Assembly: GCF_963921235.1 (NCBI RefSeq)
Contig: NC_086106.1
Location: forward strand, 34,100,001 to 34,164,000
From: Mobula hypostoma
Taxonomy: Eukaryota
DNA length: 64,000 nt
Direction of reading: 5' to 3'
In this document: positions 25,572 through 37,475 of the stretch, in pieces
Position numbering within the stretch: the stretch's first letter is position 1
Layout: the number at the start of each line of letters is the position of its first letter
Notes under the pieces: model-generated
Seen by the model: only the letters and a program-made list of their open reading frames with translations
Database searches by the model: none
Told to the model about the DNA's origin: nothing
Position numbers and translations under genes: made by a program

Positions 25572-28500
25572 CCATACTTTTTATACTTTATTGTCGCCAA
25601 ACAATTGATACTAGAATGTACAATCATCACAGTGATATTTGATTCTGCGCTTCCTGCTCCCTGAACTACAAATCGATAGTAAATATTAAAAATTTAAGGT
25701 ATAAATCATAAATAGAAAATAGAACATGGAAAGTAAGGTAGTGCAAAAAATAAAATTGAGAGGTTGGTCCGGATATTTGGAGGGTACGGCCCAGATCCGG
25801 GTCAAGATCAGTTCAGCGGTCTTATCACAGTTGGAAAGAAGCTGTTCCCAAGTCTGGCCATACGAGTCTTTAAGCTCCTGAGCCATCTCCCGGAGGGAAG
25901 AGGGACGAAAAGTGTGTTGGCTGGGTGGATCCTGGCCTTGATTATCCTGCTAGCACAGCTCCGACAGCGTGTGGTGCTAACTGAGTCCAAGGACGGACGA
26001 TGGGTTTGTGTGATGTGCTGCTCTGTGTTCTCGATCTTCTGCAGCTTCTTTCGTCTTGGACAGGACAAATTCCATACCAGGTTGTGATGCACCCTAGAAG
26101 AATGCTTTCCACGGTTCATCTATAAAAATTAGTGAGGGTTTTAGGAACAGGCCAAATTTCTTTAGCTTTCTCAGGAAGTAAAGTCACTGGTGGGCCTTCT
26201 TGGCAGTGGACTCTGCTTGGTTGGACCAAGTCAGGTCATTTGTGATATTGGCCCCGAGGAACTTAAATCTTTTGACCTGTTCCACTTGCGCACCACCGAT
26301 GTAAAATGGGTCGTGCTGTCCACTCCTCCTTCTGAAGTCAACAACCAATTCCTTCATCTTGCCGACGTTGAGGGATAGGTTATTGTCTTCGCACCATGCC
26401 ACCAGGTTCCTAATTTCCTCTCTGTACTCAAACTCATCATTACCAGAGATACGGCCTACAATTGTTGTGTCATCGGCAAACTTATATATTGTGTTCGTTG
26501 GAAACTTGGCTACACAATCGTGGGTGTACAGTGAGTACAGCGGGGGCTGAATACACAGCCTTCTGGGGCACCGGTGCTCAGAGTGATTGTAGAGGAGAGC
26601 TTGTCCGCTATTTTCACAGCCTGTGTCCTGTTTGTGAGGAAGTTGAAGTTCCAGCTGCAGGTCTGAGTGCTAAGGCCCAGGTCCCGGAGATTAGGAATCA
26701 GTTTATTTGGAATGATGGTATTAAAGACAGAGCTGTAGTCAATGAAAATGAGCCTAAAGAATGTGTCTTTATTCTCCAGGTGTTCTAAGGAGGAATGCAG
26801 GGCCAGAGAGATGGCATCTGCTGTTGACCTGTTGCTCCGGTAGGCGAATTGCAAAGTATCGAGGTTGACCGGTAGGCTGTGGTTGATGTGTGCCATGACC
26901 AATCACTCAAAGCACTTCATAGCAATTGATGTCAGAGCCACAGGTCGATAGACATTCAGGCATGCCACCCTGCTCTTCCTCGGCACTGAGATTATCGTTG
27001 CCTTCCTAAAAGACGAGGGGATCTTAGACTGAAGCAAGGAGCAGTTGAAGATGTCAGTGAACACTCCAGCTAGCTCGCTTGCACAGGCCCGGAGAACCCG
27101 TCCTGGGACACCATCGGGGCCTGTCGCCTTCCTTGGATTTATCTTCAGGAAGGCCCTTCTGACGTCCTCCTCGGTGACGATGAATCTCGATGCCACCATG
27201 TCCGGTTCATCCAGAAGGAGCGGTTTGAATCTTGCGCAGAATAATTTAAGTTTGTCAGGAAGAGAAGCGCCACGGTTATTGATATTCCCAGCTTTTTCTT
27301 TGCGCCCAGTGATCTCATTTAGACCCTGTCATAGTCTACCGGCATCCTTCTGGTTATCCCCGGACCAAAAAGCTGCAGCTCTAGCCTTCAAAAGGAACTT
27401 GTCCTCATAATTCATCTAAGGTTTCCTGTTATGGAATACCCAGATCGTCTTGCGAGACACACAGTCCTCTGTACATTTCCAAATAAATTCCTTGACAGCT
27501 GAAGCATACTCAGTGAGGTTAGCTGCCGAGTCCTTGAATACTAACCAGTCCACCGATTCAGAGCAGTCACGGAGGACCTCATCTGTTTTCTCCACCCACC
27601 GCGACACTACTTTAGACACCATGACCTCCCGCTTCAGTTTCTGTTTGTAAGCTGGGAGGAGTATGGCCTGAGGTCGTGGGGTGGAACGGTAGGCATCCTT
27701 GACTGCTGTGTAGCAGTGTTCAAGTATATTCGGGCCTCTAGTGGGGGAGGAGAGATTTTGGTATAACTTTGGCAGTGCTTTTCTGAGGTTGGCCTAGTTA
27801 AATTCCCTGGCTGTAATGAGTAAAGCCTCCGGATACCTGGTCTCAAGTTCACTGTTGTTGGCATACAGTATGTTCAGAGCACATTCCACGTCCGCCTTTG
27901 GGGGTGGGGGGGTGTGGTGATGGAATACAGACAGCTATCAGTATATACCGAGGTGACTTCCTGTGGCAGATAGTAGGGACGACTCTTCACCAACAGGTGT
28001 TCCAGGTCCAGGCTGCAGGAGCTTGTCAGTGCCAATGTGTCCGAGCACCACGCAGCGTTGATGAGTAGGCAGACTCCACCTCCCCTCGTCTTGCCCGAAG
28101 ACGCCTTGCGGTCTATCCGATGGATCGAAAATCTCTCCAGTCGGATGGCACAGTCGGGGGTGGCAGGGGAGAGCCAGGTCTCGGTGAAACAGAATACACA
28201 GCAGTTCTGCATCTCCCTGCAGTAGGTGAGTATCCCTTTAAGATCATCCACCTTGTTCTCTATGGCTTGCACATTAGCTAGTAGGATGGTGGGCATAGGG
28301 ACCCTAAAGCCCCTCAGATTCAATCTGTCCAGCTGCCCAGCTCTTTTCCCACGCTTCCTTGGTAAATAGTGCATCTTTCCAGGTTTCCATTGATGCAGTG
28401 TGTTGGCAGCTCTTTGAGGTTGCTGGACGTGTCCTGCGGCTATCGATCGGCGGGTCGTGTCGGCGGGCGCTCCAGATCGGGCCGAGTGACAGGGAGCTCC

Positions 28501-29098
28501 GCTGCCACTTCCAGCTGTTGGGGGCCCGGGCTGTCGATTGGGTCAGGCCCCGAAGCCGACATATAATCCTGGAGGGCTGGGCTCCTGGCTGAAACGAGTC
28601 CATGTGTTGAGTCATGGTTGCGGAGGCCTCTGCTCCAGCCGAGCCTCGGACTCGATTTCCGAGGTCGGTGGCGGAGGCCTCACTTCCGGCAGCTGTGGAT
28701 GGCCTCCAACGGGGCTTTACGGTGGTTGCTCCGGGGAAGCGTCTGGGGAACCTTGAGGTCCCTGACGTCACTTCTGTGTGGTCGTCTGCTCCAGAGAGGT
28801 GCTGGTCGGAATGGGCCGTGTCTCCTAGCACTACGGCACAGTAGCAGGCCGCAGGTCTCCGGGAACGTGGTGGGCCTCGAACCAGGCCTCGCTGGTCAGG
28901 CCCAGGTGCGGTCTGGAGTTTAAGAAGCAATTCTAGTGTGGTAATCTCCAGCTGGGTCAGTAGTTTCACCAGGGTGCTGTTCATCTTGTTAGGTGTAGCA
29001 GAGTGGAGGTTTAGAAGGATTTCTCGGGTATAGGATAGTGTAGATGGCAGTTTGCTCGGAAGAGGACGCGGAGAGTCACCAGTTACCGGCGCCATCTT
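25572..29098 (-). mobile_element. Full-length decayed Rex1/Babar LINE (about 3.5 kb)
   Basis: 5' end AAGATGGCG; N-terminal YTREILL motif; RKRGKRAG...PTILLANVQAIENKVDDL...FCFTETWL (APE); [39 protein letters not shown]...[13 protein letters not shown] (RT); LPSGRWLRSLKTRMARLGNSFFPTVIRPLN end; aataaagtataaaaagtat tail; several frameshifts. Confidence 0.9.
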
Positions 29099-29318
29099 GA
29101 TATTGCTGTGAGACTGTGAGACTGAATCTGCTGAGAGCTGGCACCTCATGCACTTAAGGCATCGCCAATGCTGCCTCAAGAATAGCACCCAACTTCACCT
29201 GCAGAGTAACGGAATCAATGATGGCATCCTCTTCCAGGCTAAATCCAGCCCCAAGCCTCTACTTTCAATAATCCGGCTTCAATGAATGGACCCTAATGAT
29301 CGCCAAGCTGCTTGTGTA

Positions 29319-29321
<3 letters not shown>

Positions 29322-29375
<54 letters not shown>
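29322..29375. repeat. (AC)27 microsatellite
   Basis: Perfect AC run read directly. Confidence 0.98.
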
Positions 29376-29378
<3 letters not shown>

Positions 29379-30584
29379 CTATTGCTACAAGAGATTAGCA
29401 GGAAAACAGGAGATAGTTCAAGGATATGTGACGAGAGTGCTGATCAAGAATGGTTTGGACCCAAATGCTGGAGTATCTAAAGCAAGGTTCGAGACACAGT
29501 ATCAAACTGGATTGAGAACTGAGTGCAAAGCAATATCACTAGTAGGGCTTATGTTTGAGCACTGAAGCTCAGTAGAGATGCTGTTTAATTACTCAATTAC
29601 TGGCACCCAAAACATGATCAGCAATTAGCGGGATGGTCCTGAACCCTTAAAGGGCTGCGGCAGCTATCCATATTCGGGAGAGTTAGAGCGACTGAAGCCT
29701 GCAAGCTGGCATGGTTGTGTACGGCTCATGACAGGATATTCTCAAAGAGTGCGGTGGGAAGAGCTGGGTCTGTGAGGGGGCTGCTGTGTGTGGGATAAGA
29801 GGAATGAATTGAAACAGGAGTGATAAGAGGTTTCATAATCATGAGGAGAGTCAAATATTAATTTCTCAACAACTGGGGAAAGGGGATGGGGAGGTTTGCA
29901 ATATGTCAGGAGAAAATTATTTGCAGCATAAAATCCAAGTTAGAACGTCTAAGCTGGAGGGAGACAATTTTCTCTGCTGTAATGAACTATTTTAAGTAAA
30001 CAATCTGTTAAAATCAACAATCTGCACCAGTTATTGTGATTCTGTTTTTGGGACAGATAATGTTGGTTTTGTTATGATGGGGTATTAGCACCAATGAAGC
30101 TCCTTTCAGTAGATGGAAAATGGGTGCAATTCCACTACTAGTTACGGAGCCTGGAACATTATCCAGGGTTGTGACATGTTTTGTTGATCCAAGTGGAGAA
30201 ATCTGCTTTGATTTGGAGCTGATTCTTTTAAGTAAATTCTGCCTTTCTCTGTTTATCAGGCAAGAAAATTTAAAATTCTGCAGAACAGAAAGATTTCAGT
30301 CAAACTCGAAAAAAGAAAAAAACTGAATCTCAACTTTAATCTGTTCAGTAACTGAAGCTCATTGACAGGGGATGGAAATAGAAGTGACAGGTAACCAACA
30401 CAGATCCAGAAAATGTGATTTAATATGGCTGTGCACCTCGGTCCCTTTCTTTGGTTCTAGAACCATTCAGCCACCTTGACACAGTCACTGCTTTGTTGGT
30501 GAACAAACCATGAAGAAAAGTCTTGCCTGTGATCGTTTGCAAGAGAGTCTGGAGGTGCTGGAAATCCTGAGCAAAACACGTACA

Positions 30585-30670
30585 ATTGAGGAATTCAGCA
30601 TGTGAGGCAGCATGTATAAAGGGGAATAAACAGTGGATATTTCGGGCTGAGGTCCTTCATCAGGTACTGG
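30585..30670 (-). mobile_element. Penelope-derived short repeat with best-preserved minimal hammerhead motif
   Basis: Minus strand CAGTAC CTGATGA AGGACCTCAGCCC GAAA T ATC CACTG followed by ...tgctgcctcacatgctgaattcctc. Confidence 0.65.
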
Positions 30671-30994
30671 ATGTTTACTCACCTGCTGCAAACAACACCC
30701 TTGGCTTAAAGATCATTGTCAACATACACCACATGGTCCTCTGCCACAAGAGCAGAAAAAGCACTTAGAACATAGACCAGTACAACACAGGCCCTACAGC
30801 ACATCATGCCAATTTTAACTAATCAAATCTGTGTGTGCATGGACTTTATCTTTTTAATTTTTGTCTGTTCATGCTCCTGTTTAAATGTTGTTCAGATATT
30901 AATAATTGTAGCTGCTTCCACTACTTCCCCGGCAGTGCATTCCAGGCAACTATCATCAATGGAAAATGATCTAAAAAGATAAAGATCTTTTCAA

Positions 30995-31275
30995 ACTAGC
31001 TTTATTTGTCACACGTACATCAAAACATTGAAACATGCAGTGTAATGTGTTGTTTGCATCAATAACATACTCCAAGCAAGTGCTGGAGATGAAAGTGTCA
31101 CCGTGCTTCTGGTGTCAAAATCACATACAAAAACCTATTAACCCCAACCCATATGTCCTTTAAATGTGAGAAGAAAATGAACCACCAGAGGAAACCCACA
31201 GGGTATATGGAGAATGTACAGACTCCTTACATGCAGTGATGGAATTGAATCCCAGTTGCTAGTACTGTAATAAAA
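30995..31275 (-). mobile_element. V-SINE
   Basis: Reverse of gggattcaattcc...gtaaggagtctgtacattctcc...gggtttcctctggtggttc...ctcacattt; tail gacaaataaagct. Confidence 0.7.
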
Positions 31276-31279
31276 TTAA

Positions 31280-31960
31280 AATCTCTTTTAAACTTTGCAC
31301 ATCTGAACTTAAAGCTATGCTCTCTTGTAGTTGACATTTCAACCATGGGAAAAACTCTGATTACCTGCCCCATCTATGTCTTTAATAATTTTATATTTCC
31401 ATCAAATCACCCCTCTACCTCTGATGCTCCAGAGAAAATATCCCAAGTTGTCCAAGTTCTCTCTAATCCAGACAATATCTTGGTGAACCTTTTCTGTGTT
31501 CTCTTCAAAGCCTCCACATTCTTTTTATAATGTGGCAACCCAACTGTTTGCAATATTCTAAATGTGACCGAGCAAAAGTTTTATATAGCTTCAACATGAC
31601 TTCCCTACTTTAATAATCAGCACCCCAAACGCAAGTATGCCATTTGACATTTTTTATTAACCATCTATTCTGCATCCGTTGCCACTTTCATGGAACTAGA
31701 GACTTGCAGACCAATATTCCTCAGACCATCAATTCTCCTGAGGATCCTGCCATTTGCTATATATTTTCCTCTCACTTGTGAAATGACAACAACTCACATT
31801 TTTCTAGGTAAACACTTGCCATTTATCTGACCACATTTGTAGTTGGTCTATAACCTGCTGAATACTTTGACAACCTCTTCACTATATGAAACTGCACCAC
31901 CCTTTAAGCTATCTGCAAACTTACCTGTCAGATCTCCAGTCGGAAAAACACCCCCTCCAC
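31280..31960 (-). mobile_element. CR1 LINE 3' fragment (decayed)
   Basis: Antisense CR1 ORF2 C-terminal sequence (NVEALKRTQKRFTKIL-like at about 31480-31525). Confidence 0.75.
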
Positions 31961-32959
31961 TACTACCTTTGTCTTTTCCAGTTAAGGCAATTGTGTGACC
32001 TCAATAGGAGGCTCACAGCAAACAAGTATACCATTAGAACTGCTCTCCCTAGCAGAACCCAGAACATGAGGCTGTCATGACGGCAAAGACCACATACTAG
32101 TCGTTCCATATACGGCTATACCAATTGGGGAAAGGATACACTTGAAGGGAAACGTTATCAATATCAAGCATCAAGTTTTCTCTTTAACCTCATAGGAAGG
32201 TGCATAATCCAGTACTTCCTGGTGCCAATCTGCATTTTGAAATAAGAGGATGGAATAAGAATAAGAATAACAAGAATAAGAATAATGGAGGGTTATGGGC
32301 TGAGTGCAGGTCAGCGGGACTAGGTGAGAGTAACAGTTCGGCATGGACTAGAAGGGCCGAGATGGCTTGATTCTGTGCTGTAATTGTTATATGTGGTTGT
32401 TATAATAAGGGAAATCAGATGAATAAAAGTTGAAAAATGGAGTCAGAATTCTGCGAAGCGACTTCTACAATCTGGTACTTCAATCTGAAGGCTCTCAGAT
32501 ACTTCTTCATACTTCCTTCTGTATAGTGACTCCACTATCAAACATCCGGCTATGATCACCCATTCAAAGACCTCATATCCTCAGGAAATCTTGCTTTCTT
32601 AGCTTCCACACTTGGAGTGTCTTCTACTTCCAACCCAAAGTCCTCAAGGAGAATTGATGCAACAGATTCATTGTTTCATTATATTCTTGCCACAGCTAAC
32701 ATATTTTTTCCCATCTTTACTCTATCCATTCACCTATGATCTGGTTCTTGCCCAATGATATCAAATACGCATTAGCACTTTGACCTTTCTTTTAATTGTA
32801 GGCTTATCTTTAACATAGAATTCCTGTACATTTCCAACCCATAGCTGGGTTTTCCTGAGGCCTGTCTGTTTACTACTACAGCAGAGGCCCACCCAGTTCT
32901 TTTCTACCTGTGCAATCATTCACTTGAACAAGCTCATTCTCACATTGTACAATTTCCCG

Positions 32960-33656
32960 TGCATTAGCAGAGGATCAATCGATTCGCCGAGGGAGAGAGC
33001 TTCACACAGGTTGGGGAGAAGAGTTTAAAAAGGAGCATTTTGTGGTGCTCAGTGCATTAGCAGTGGACCAATCAATTTGTGATTCATTAGCAGGAGCAAA
33101 CAAAAGTAAAGCAGTGGATCAGTTTAGGAGCGGAAACTTGAGGCTTTGGCTCAAGAGGTTTTGGCAAGGAGGCACAGGGAAGTAGTAGGTAAGGTTTTTG
33201 TAGTGGTTAAATAAAAATCACTAAATTACAGCTAATTAACTAAAGTAGGGATGATGCAGGATCAGGTGATGTGCTGTAGCTGCATGTGCTGGAGCTGGTA
33301 GACCCCAGAGTTGTTCCCGGAGATTACATCTGCAGCAAGTGTTGGCTGCTCGAGGAACTCGTGCTCAAAGTTGTTGACCTGGAATTTCAGCTTCAAACAT
33401 TGCAGCACATCTGGGATGGGGAGAGTTATCTGGATTCTGTGTTTTAGGGGGAAGTCACACCCATTAGATTAGCTGCCTCAAATTCGGTCTGTGGTCAGGA
33501 ACAAGAGGGTGTGACTGCGAGTGAGGTGGGTAGTCGGATCCAAGAAACGGTGCTGGAGGAGCCTCAGCCCTTCAGCTTGTCCAACAGGTCTGAGATTCTT
33601 CCCCCTGTGTGGATGAGGGTGGGGGCTGTAGGAAGGATGAGCAACCTAACTGTGGC
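32960..33656 (+). mobile_element. CR1 5' UTR and ORF1 N-terminus (Cys-rich zinc finger), truncated by the LTR element
   Basis: MMQDQVMCCSC...ELVDPRVVPGDYICSKCWLLEELVLKVVDLEFQLQTLQHI...ESYLDSVF, then EEPQPFSLSNRSEIL; typical CR1 ORF1 start; ends abruptly at ...actgtggcacc. Confidence 0.75.
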
Positions 33657-33911
33657 ACCTGCCGAAAATCATAGCATCGAGTGTTCATTAAATAACACCG
33701 CCTTCGGTCACCATACCAACTTACGAGCTGCTCGGTGCTGTCTCCAACTCCAACTCAGTAGAAATCCAAAGTTACTTCCAGTGCCTTAAAGTCCAACAGT
33801 TAGTCTTTGTCTCTCGTTCTCTTTTACAAAGAACATGTCGGTGTTAAATAACTCTTTCTCTCTCTCTTTTCAAAAGTACAGTTCATAGGGGTAATTCAAG
33901 ATCCCGTCACA
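33657..33911 (-). repeat. Truncated 3' LTR (255 bp remnant)
   Basis: About 90% identical to 38193-38455 (roughly 23 substitutions plus small indels by eye); ends ...gatcccgtcaca; abuts the PPT. Confidence 0.88.
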
Positions 33912-33923
33912 CTCCCTTCCCTC
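33912..33923 (-). promoter_or_regulatory. Polypurine tract
   Basis: Minus strand GAGGGAAGGGAG immediately upstream of the 3' LTR start TGTGACGGG. Confidence 0.8.
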
Positions 33924-36900
33924 AGAGAGAAAAAAAAATGACGAGGACGATATTTTTGTCTAAATGTAAATTACAAAGTTTAAAACAATACAAGTAAAAT
34001 CATCAAATGACAGTGAAAAAATGTGTACAATTTTCAACTTAATATCTGGATAACTAATCAGCTGTAATATTGTCAGTACCTTTCACATGTTTCCTTTTTA
34101 AGTCACATTCTTGCAATATCAGACTCCAATTTAACACGTTCTATTCTTATCCTTCATTTTAGTCGAAAAAATTTTCTGGTGTACATTAAAGTTTATTTTG
34201 AGAAATAAGCTACTGGATGTTTAATGTTATTCACTTCTTCCTGTAACAGTTCTGCCTCAGCAGTTTCATCACTAGCCTCTGTTGCTATAGAAAATGGCTT
34301 TGAAAAATCAGGTGCTTTCAACACAGGATGATAACACAGGATGGTTTTCAGATGTTCAAATGCCTCCCGACAAAGTTCATTCCATTCAAATCTTTCACTC
34401 TTCCCTAGGAGTTTTATTAGGAGGAGAGCGATGTCAGCAAAGTTCTTACCAAGCTTACAATAATACCCAACCATTCCTAAAACTTTCTCAAAGCTTCTTT
34501 GCTAGTCATACAGGAACTTCAGCAATAGCTTGAACCTTGGCCTGTACAGGAGCCAGTTGGCCTTGGCCCACCACAAAACCCAAATATGTAACTGTGGCAT
34601 GGCCAAACTCACTTTTAGTGAGGTTCACAGTAAGACTGGCCTTAGAAAGTCTGTCAAACAGTTTTTGTACTGCTGCAATAAGCTCTTCCCACGTGTTATT
34701 CCAGACCACTAAGTCATTGATATAAACCCCTGTGCTTTCTTACCCTCCAATCACAGAACTGATCATTCTTTGAAATGTCCCTGGTGCATTCTTCACTCTG
34801 AAGTGTAAAACATTGTATTCATATAGTCTAGACGGTGTCACAAATGCTGATATCCCTTTAGCCCTCTCTGTTAAAGGAACAACCCAGTATCCTTTTACCA
34901 AGTCAAACTTTATAAGGTACTTAGCCTTCCCCACTCTACCAATACAGTCATCCATTCTCTTTCCTTGTTCTTTCCTGTTTCCAATTTCTTCTTCAACCAT
35001 TTTGCTTTTCTCAAAGTTCTCCCTATGAAGATGCCGTTTCATAGGCTGGGCTGAATTTATAATGACGTGATGCACTGCACCTGCGCACCATTTCAAAATG
35101 CCAATTAGTCCTTTTACTTGTTTTTGCGGTTTTGTGTCCAACTGATGGACCTTATCAGTTATATTTTCCAAAACAGTGGAATCCTGACAATTTAGTGAGA
35201 CTAGATTTACTGGGTAAACATGTTTTTGCACTCTATTATCAGATTCTGTTAATCCTTTTTGTTGCATAACAATTCTCCCAACTGCAATGCTAGCAATCAA
35301 GGGTCTTATTTTGACTCGACCATCTTGTAAACTTTCCTTTGCAAGGACACAGAGCTTACTAAATCTCTTCCAGAGTTTGAAAACATAATTAAGCATACTG
35401 ACGCATCTTTCTAAATCAGACCATATTTCTCTGAGTAGGGTCAAAGTTCCTTTTGGCCTTTAACTGAATACACGTTCAAACAATCTAACCTTCAATGCCA
35501 TCTGAATCAAATCCCCAACAATAAATAAGAAGAGGGGAACCCTCTCATCCCAATTTTTCTCTTTCCTCACACATTGTGCATTAATCATGGTCTTAAGAGT
35601 TGAGTTGAGCCGTTCCAAGGCTCCCTTGGACTCTGTGTGATATGTAGTTGACACTATCTGCTTAGCTTCCACTTCTCTAACTATTCCCAGAATGCTCTTG
35701 AAGTAAAGTTACAACCCTGGTCAAACTGAATTTCATTGAGCAGAACTACCAGTGTGAAAAACTTACTGAATGTTGTTACCACAGTCTTTACCTCGATGTT
35801 TTCAAAAGACACTGCTTCAGGGGACCAAGACACAGCAAACACAATTGTTAACACATACTGATAACCAACTTCAATCTTTTGCAATGGGCCTACACAATCC
35901 ACTATGACCCTCGGGAAAAGTTCACTAAAAGCAGATATCGGTTTGAGTAGCGTTACCTGAACAAACTGATAAGATCTCCCCTCAACTTGACAGGTATGGA
36001 AAATCCTGTAGCATCCTTCCTTAAACTAGGCCAGTAAAATTCCTTCATTATCCTGTTCACTGTCTTTCTCACTCCATGATGTCCACCTACAGACATACTG
36101 GGAGCCATGTTTAAAATCTCAGCCATATAAACTTTCAGAACCACCACGTGACTTTCAAGCACATTGACTGGTCTCCACCTCCTCATCAACACCCCATCTC
36201 TAAGGTAGTATCCTACTGACTCAGTCTGAACCTCCTTTCCTGTGAGAGCCATCTCTTTTAAAGCCACCATTTCAGACTCTCGTTTCTGTTCCTCTATATA
36301 TTCCTTCCTCAATAAGGACAAACCTTTGCAGGGTCAAAGGTCATGCAATCAGTTCAACCTTTTCCAGCACTTAATCCAAAAGTCCAGGAACAAAACTTTT
36401 CCCATTATTTTCAGCAACGCTGACCTCACTAATTTCCACCTCTTCACCAACTTTTAAAATACTGCCTAATACAAGTGACTGAGAATCCTCACATACCACT
36501 GGTACCAAGGTTCACCCCTTATTCACATAACCAAGATCATCTGACACACAGAAACTGCATTCCTTTACAACCTAGTCAGACACTTCAGACTTTAACTGAG
36601 CTTTAACATAAGGTTCAGAATCCTGTGAATTCACAGGTACTTCCACAACCTGAAAACATTCAATCAGAACAGCTGCCTCTTCTGGGCTGTCATCACTTGT
36701 CTCAGTTTTAAATTCAAGGTCACCCTGAAGCTCCCAGCTATTCTCTGGTGAACGCTTACCTGGAATAAACACAACCTCATGGGTTAAAACTTCTTCGTCT
36801 GCTTCCTTATCAAATCCCTGCAAGGTTGCAGCATCCTCTGCATCTGGGTATGCCCTTACATCAACAAGTTCACAACTTTTAAATTCATCACACAAAACAA

Positions 36901-37453
36901 GCCATTCCGAGCTCAAAAATTATCAGGGTCTGACACTAAACCTCTTTGCTGCAACCTCTATCTTTTCCAGCTTGAAATGCCTCTGCTTGTCTGCCACATG
37001 ATCTTCACATTACCATTTCTCCCTCTCGAAATGCCTCTGTCTTTCTGCCTCTTCTCTCTGTTTTGCTGCCTTTCTAGCCCCTCTCTTGAGCTGTTTTAAT
37101 TTTAATTCGTGCTCCATTCTTAGTTTTTCCTAACGAAGCTGAAGCTCATCCTCAATAGGATTACCTTCCATGAACAACTCCAACGCCTCCTCATCAAACA
37201 TTCCCTTATCTATATAATGCTGGGATAATATCGTCTGCATCTGAGCTTTCATCATTGTACTGGTCACCTTTAGTATTAACTTGTAAGCAATTCCCAACAG
37301 CACAACCCTCGTAGCATCATCCAACACTTCCGGGGTTGGTTCCAACATAAACTCCTCAACACTAACGTCCATTTCTGCTGTATTTCCACACAAGCAGATC
37401 GAAAGAGATTTTCCCAATCAATTCAAACAAGCCTCCCAACCAATTTGTTAATA

Positions 37454-37473
37454 TCGCGGATGCAGGCCCCAAT
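37454..37473 (-). promoter_or_regulatory. Primer-binding site, decayed tRNA-Pro type
   Basis: Minus strand directly after the LTR reads AAATTGGGGCCTGCATCCGCGAT, close to the tRNA-Pro PBS TGGGGGCTCGTCCGGGAT. Confidence 0.65.
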
Positions 37474-37475
37474 TT

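Noticed and set aside
28037-28923. Many overlapping plus-strand ORFs
   Set aside because: Antisense shadows of the GC-rich Rex1/Babar 5' region.
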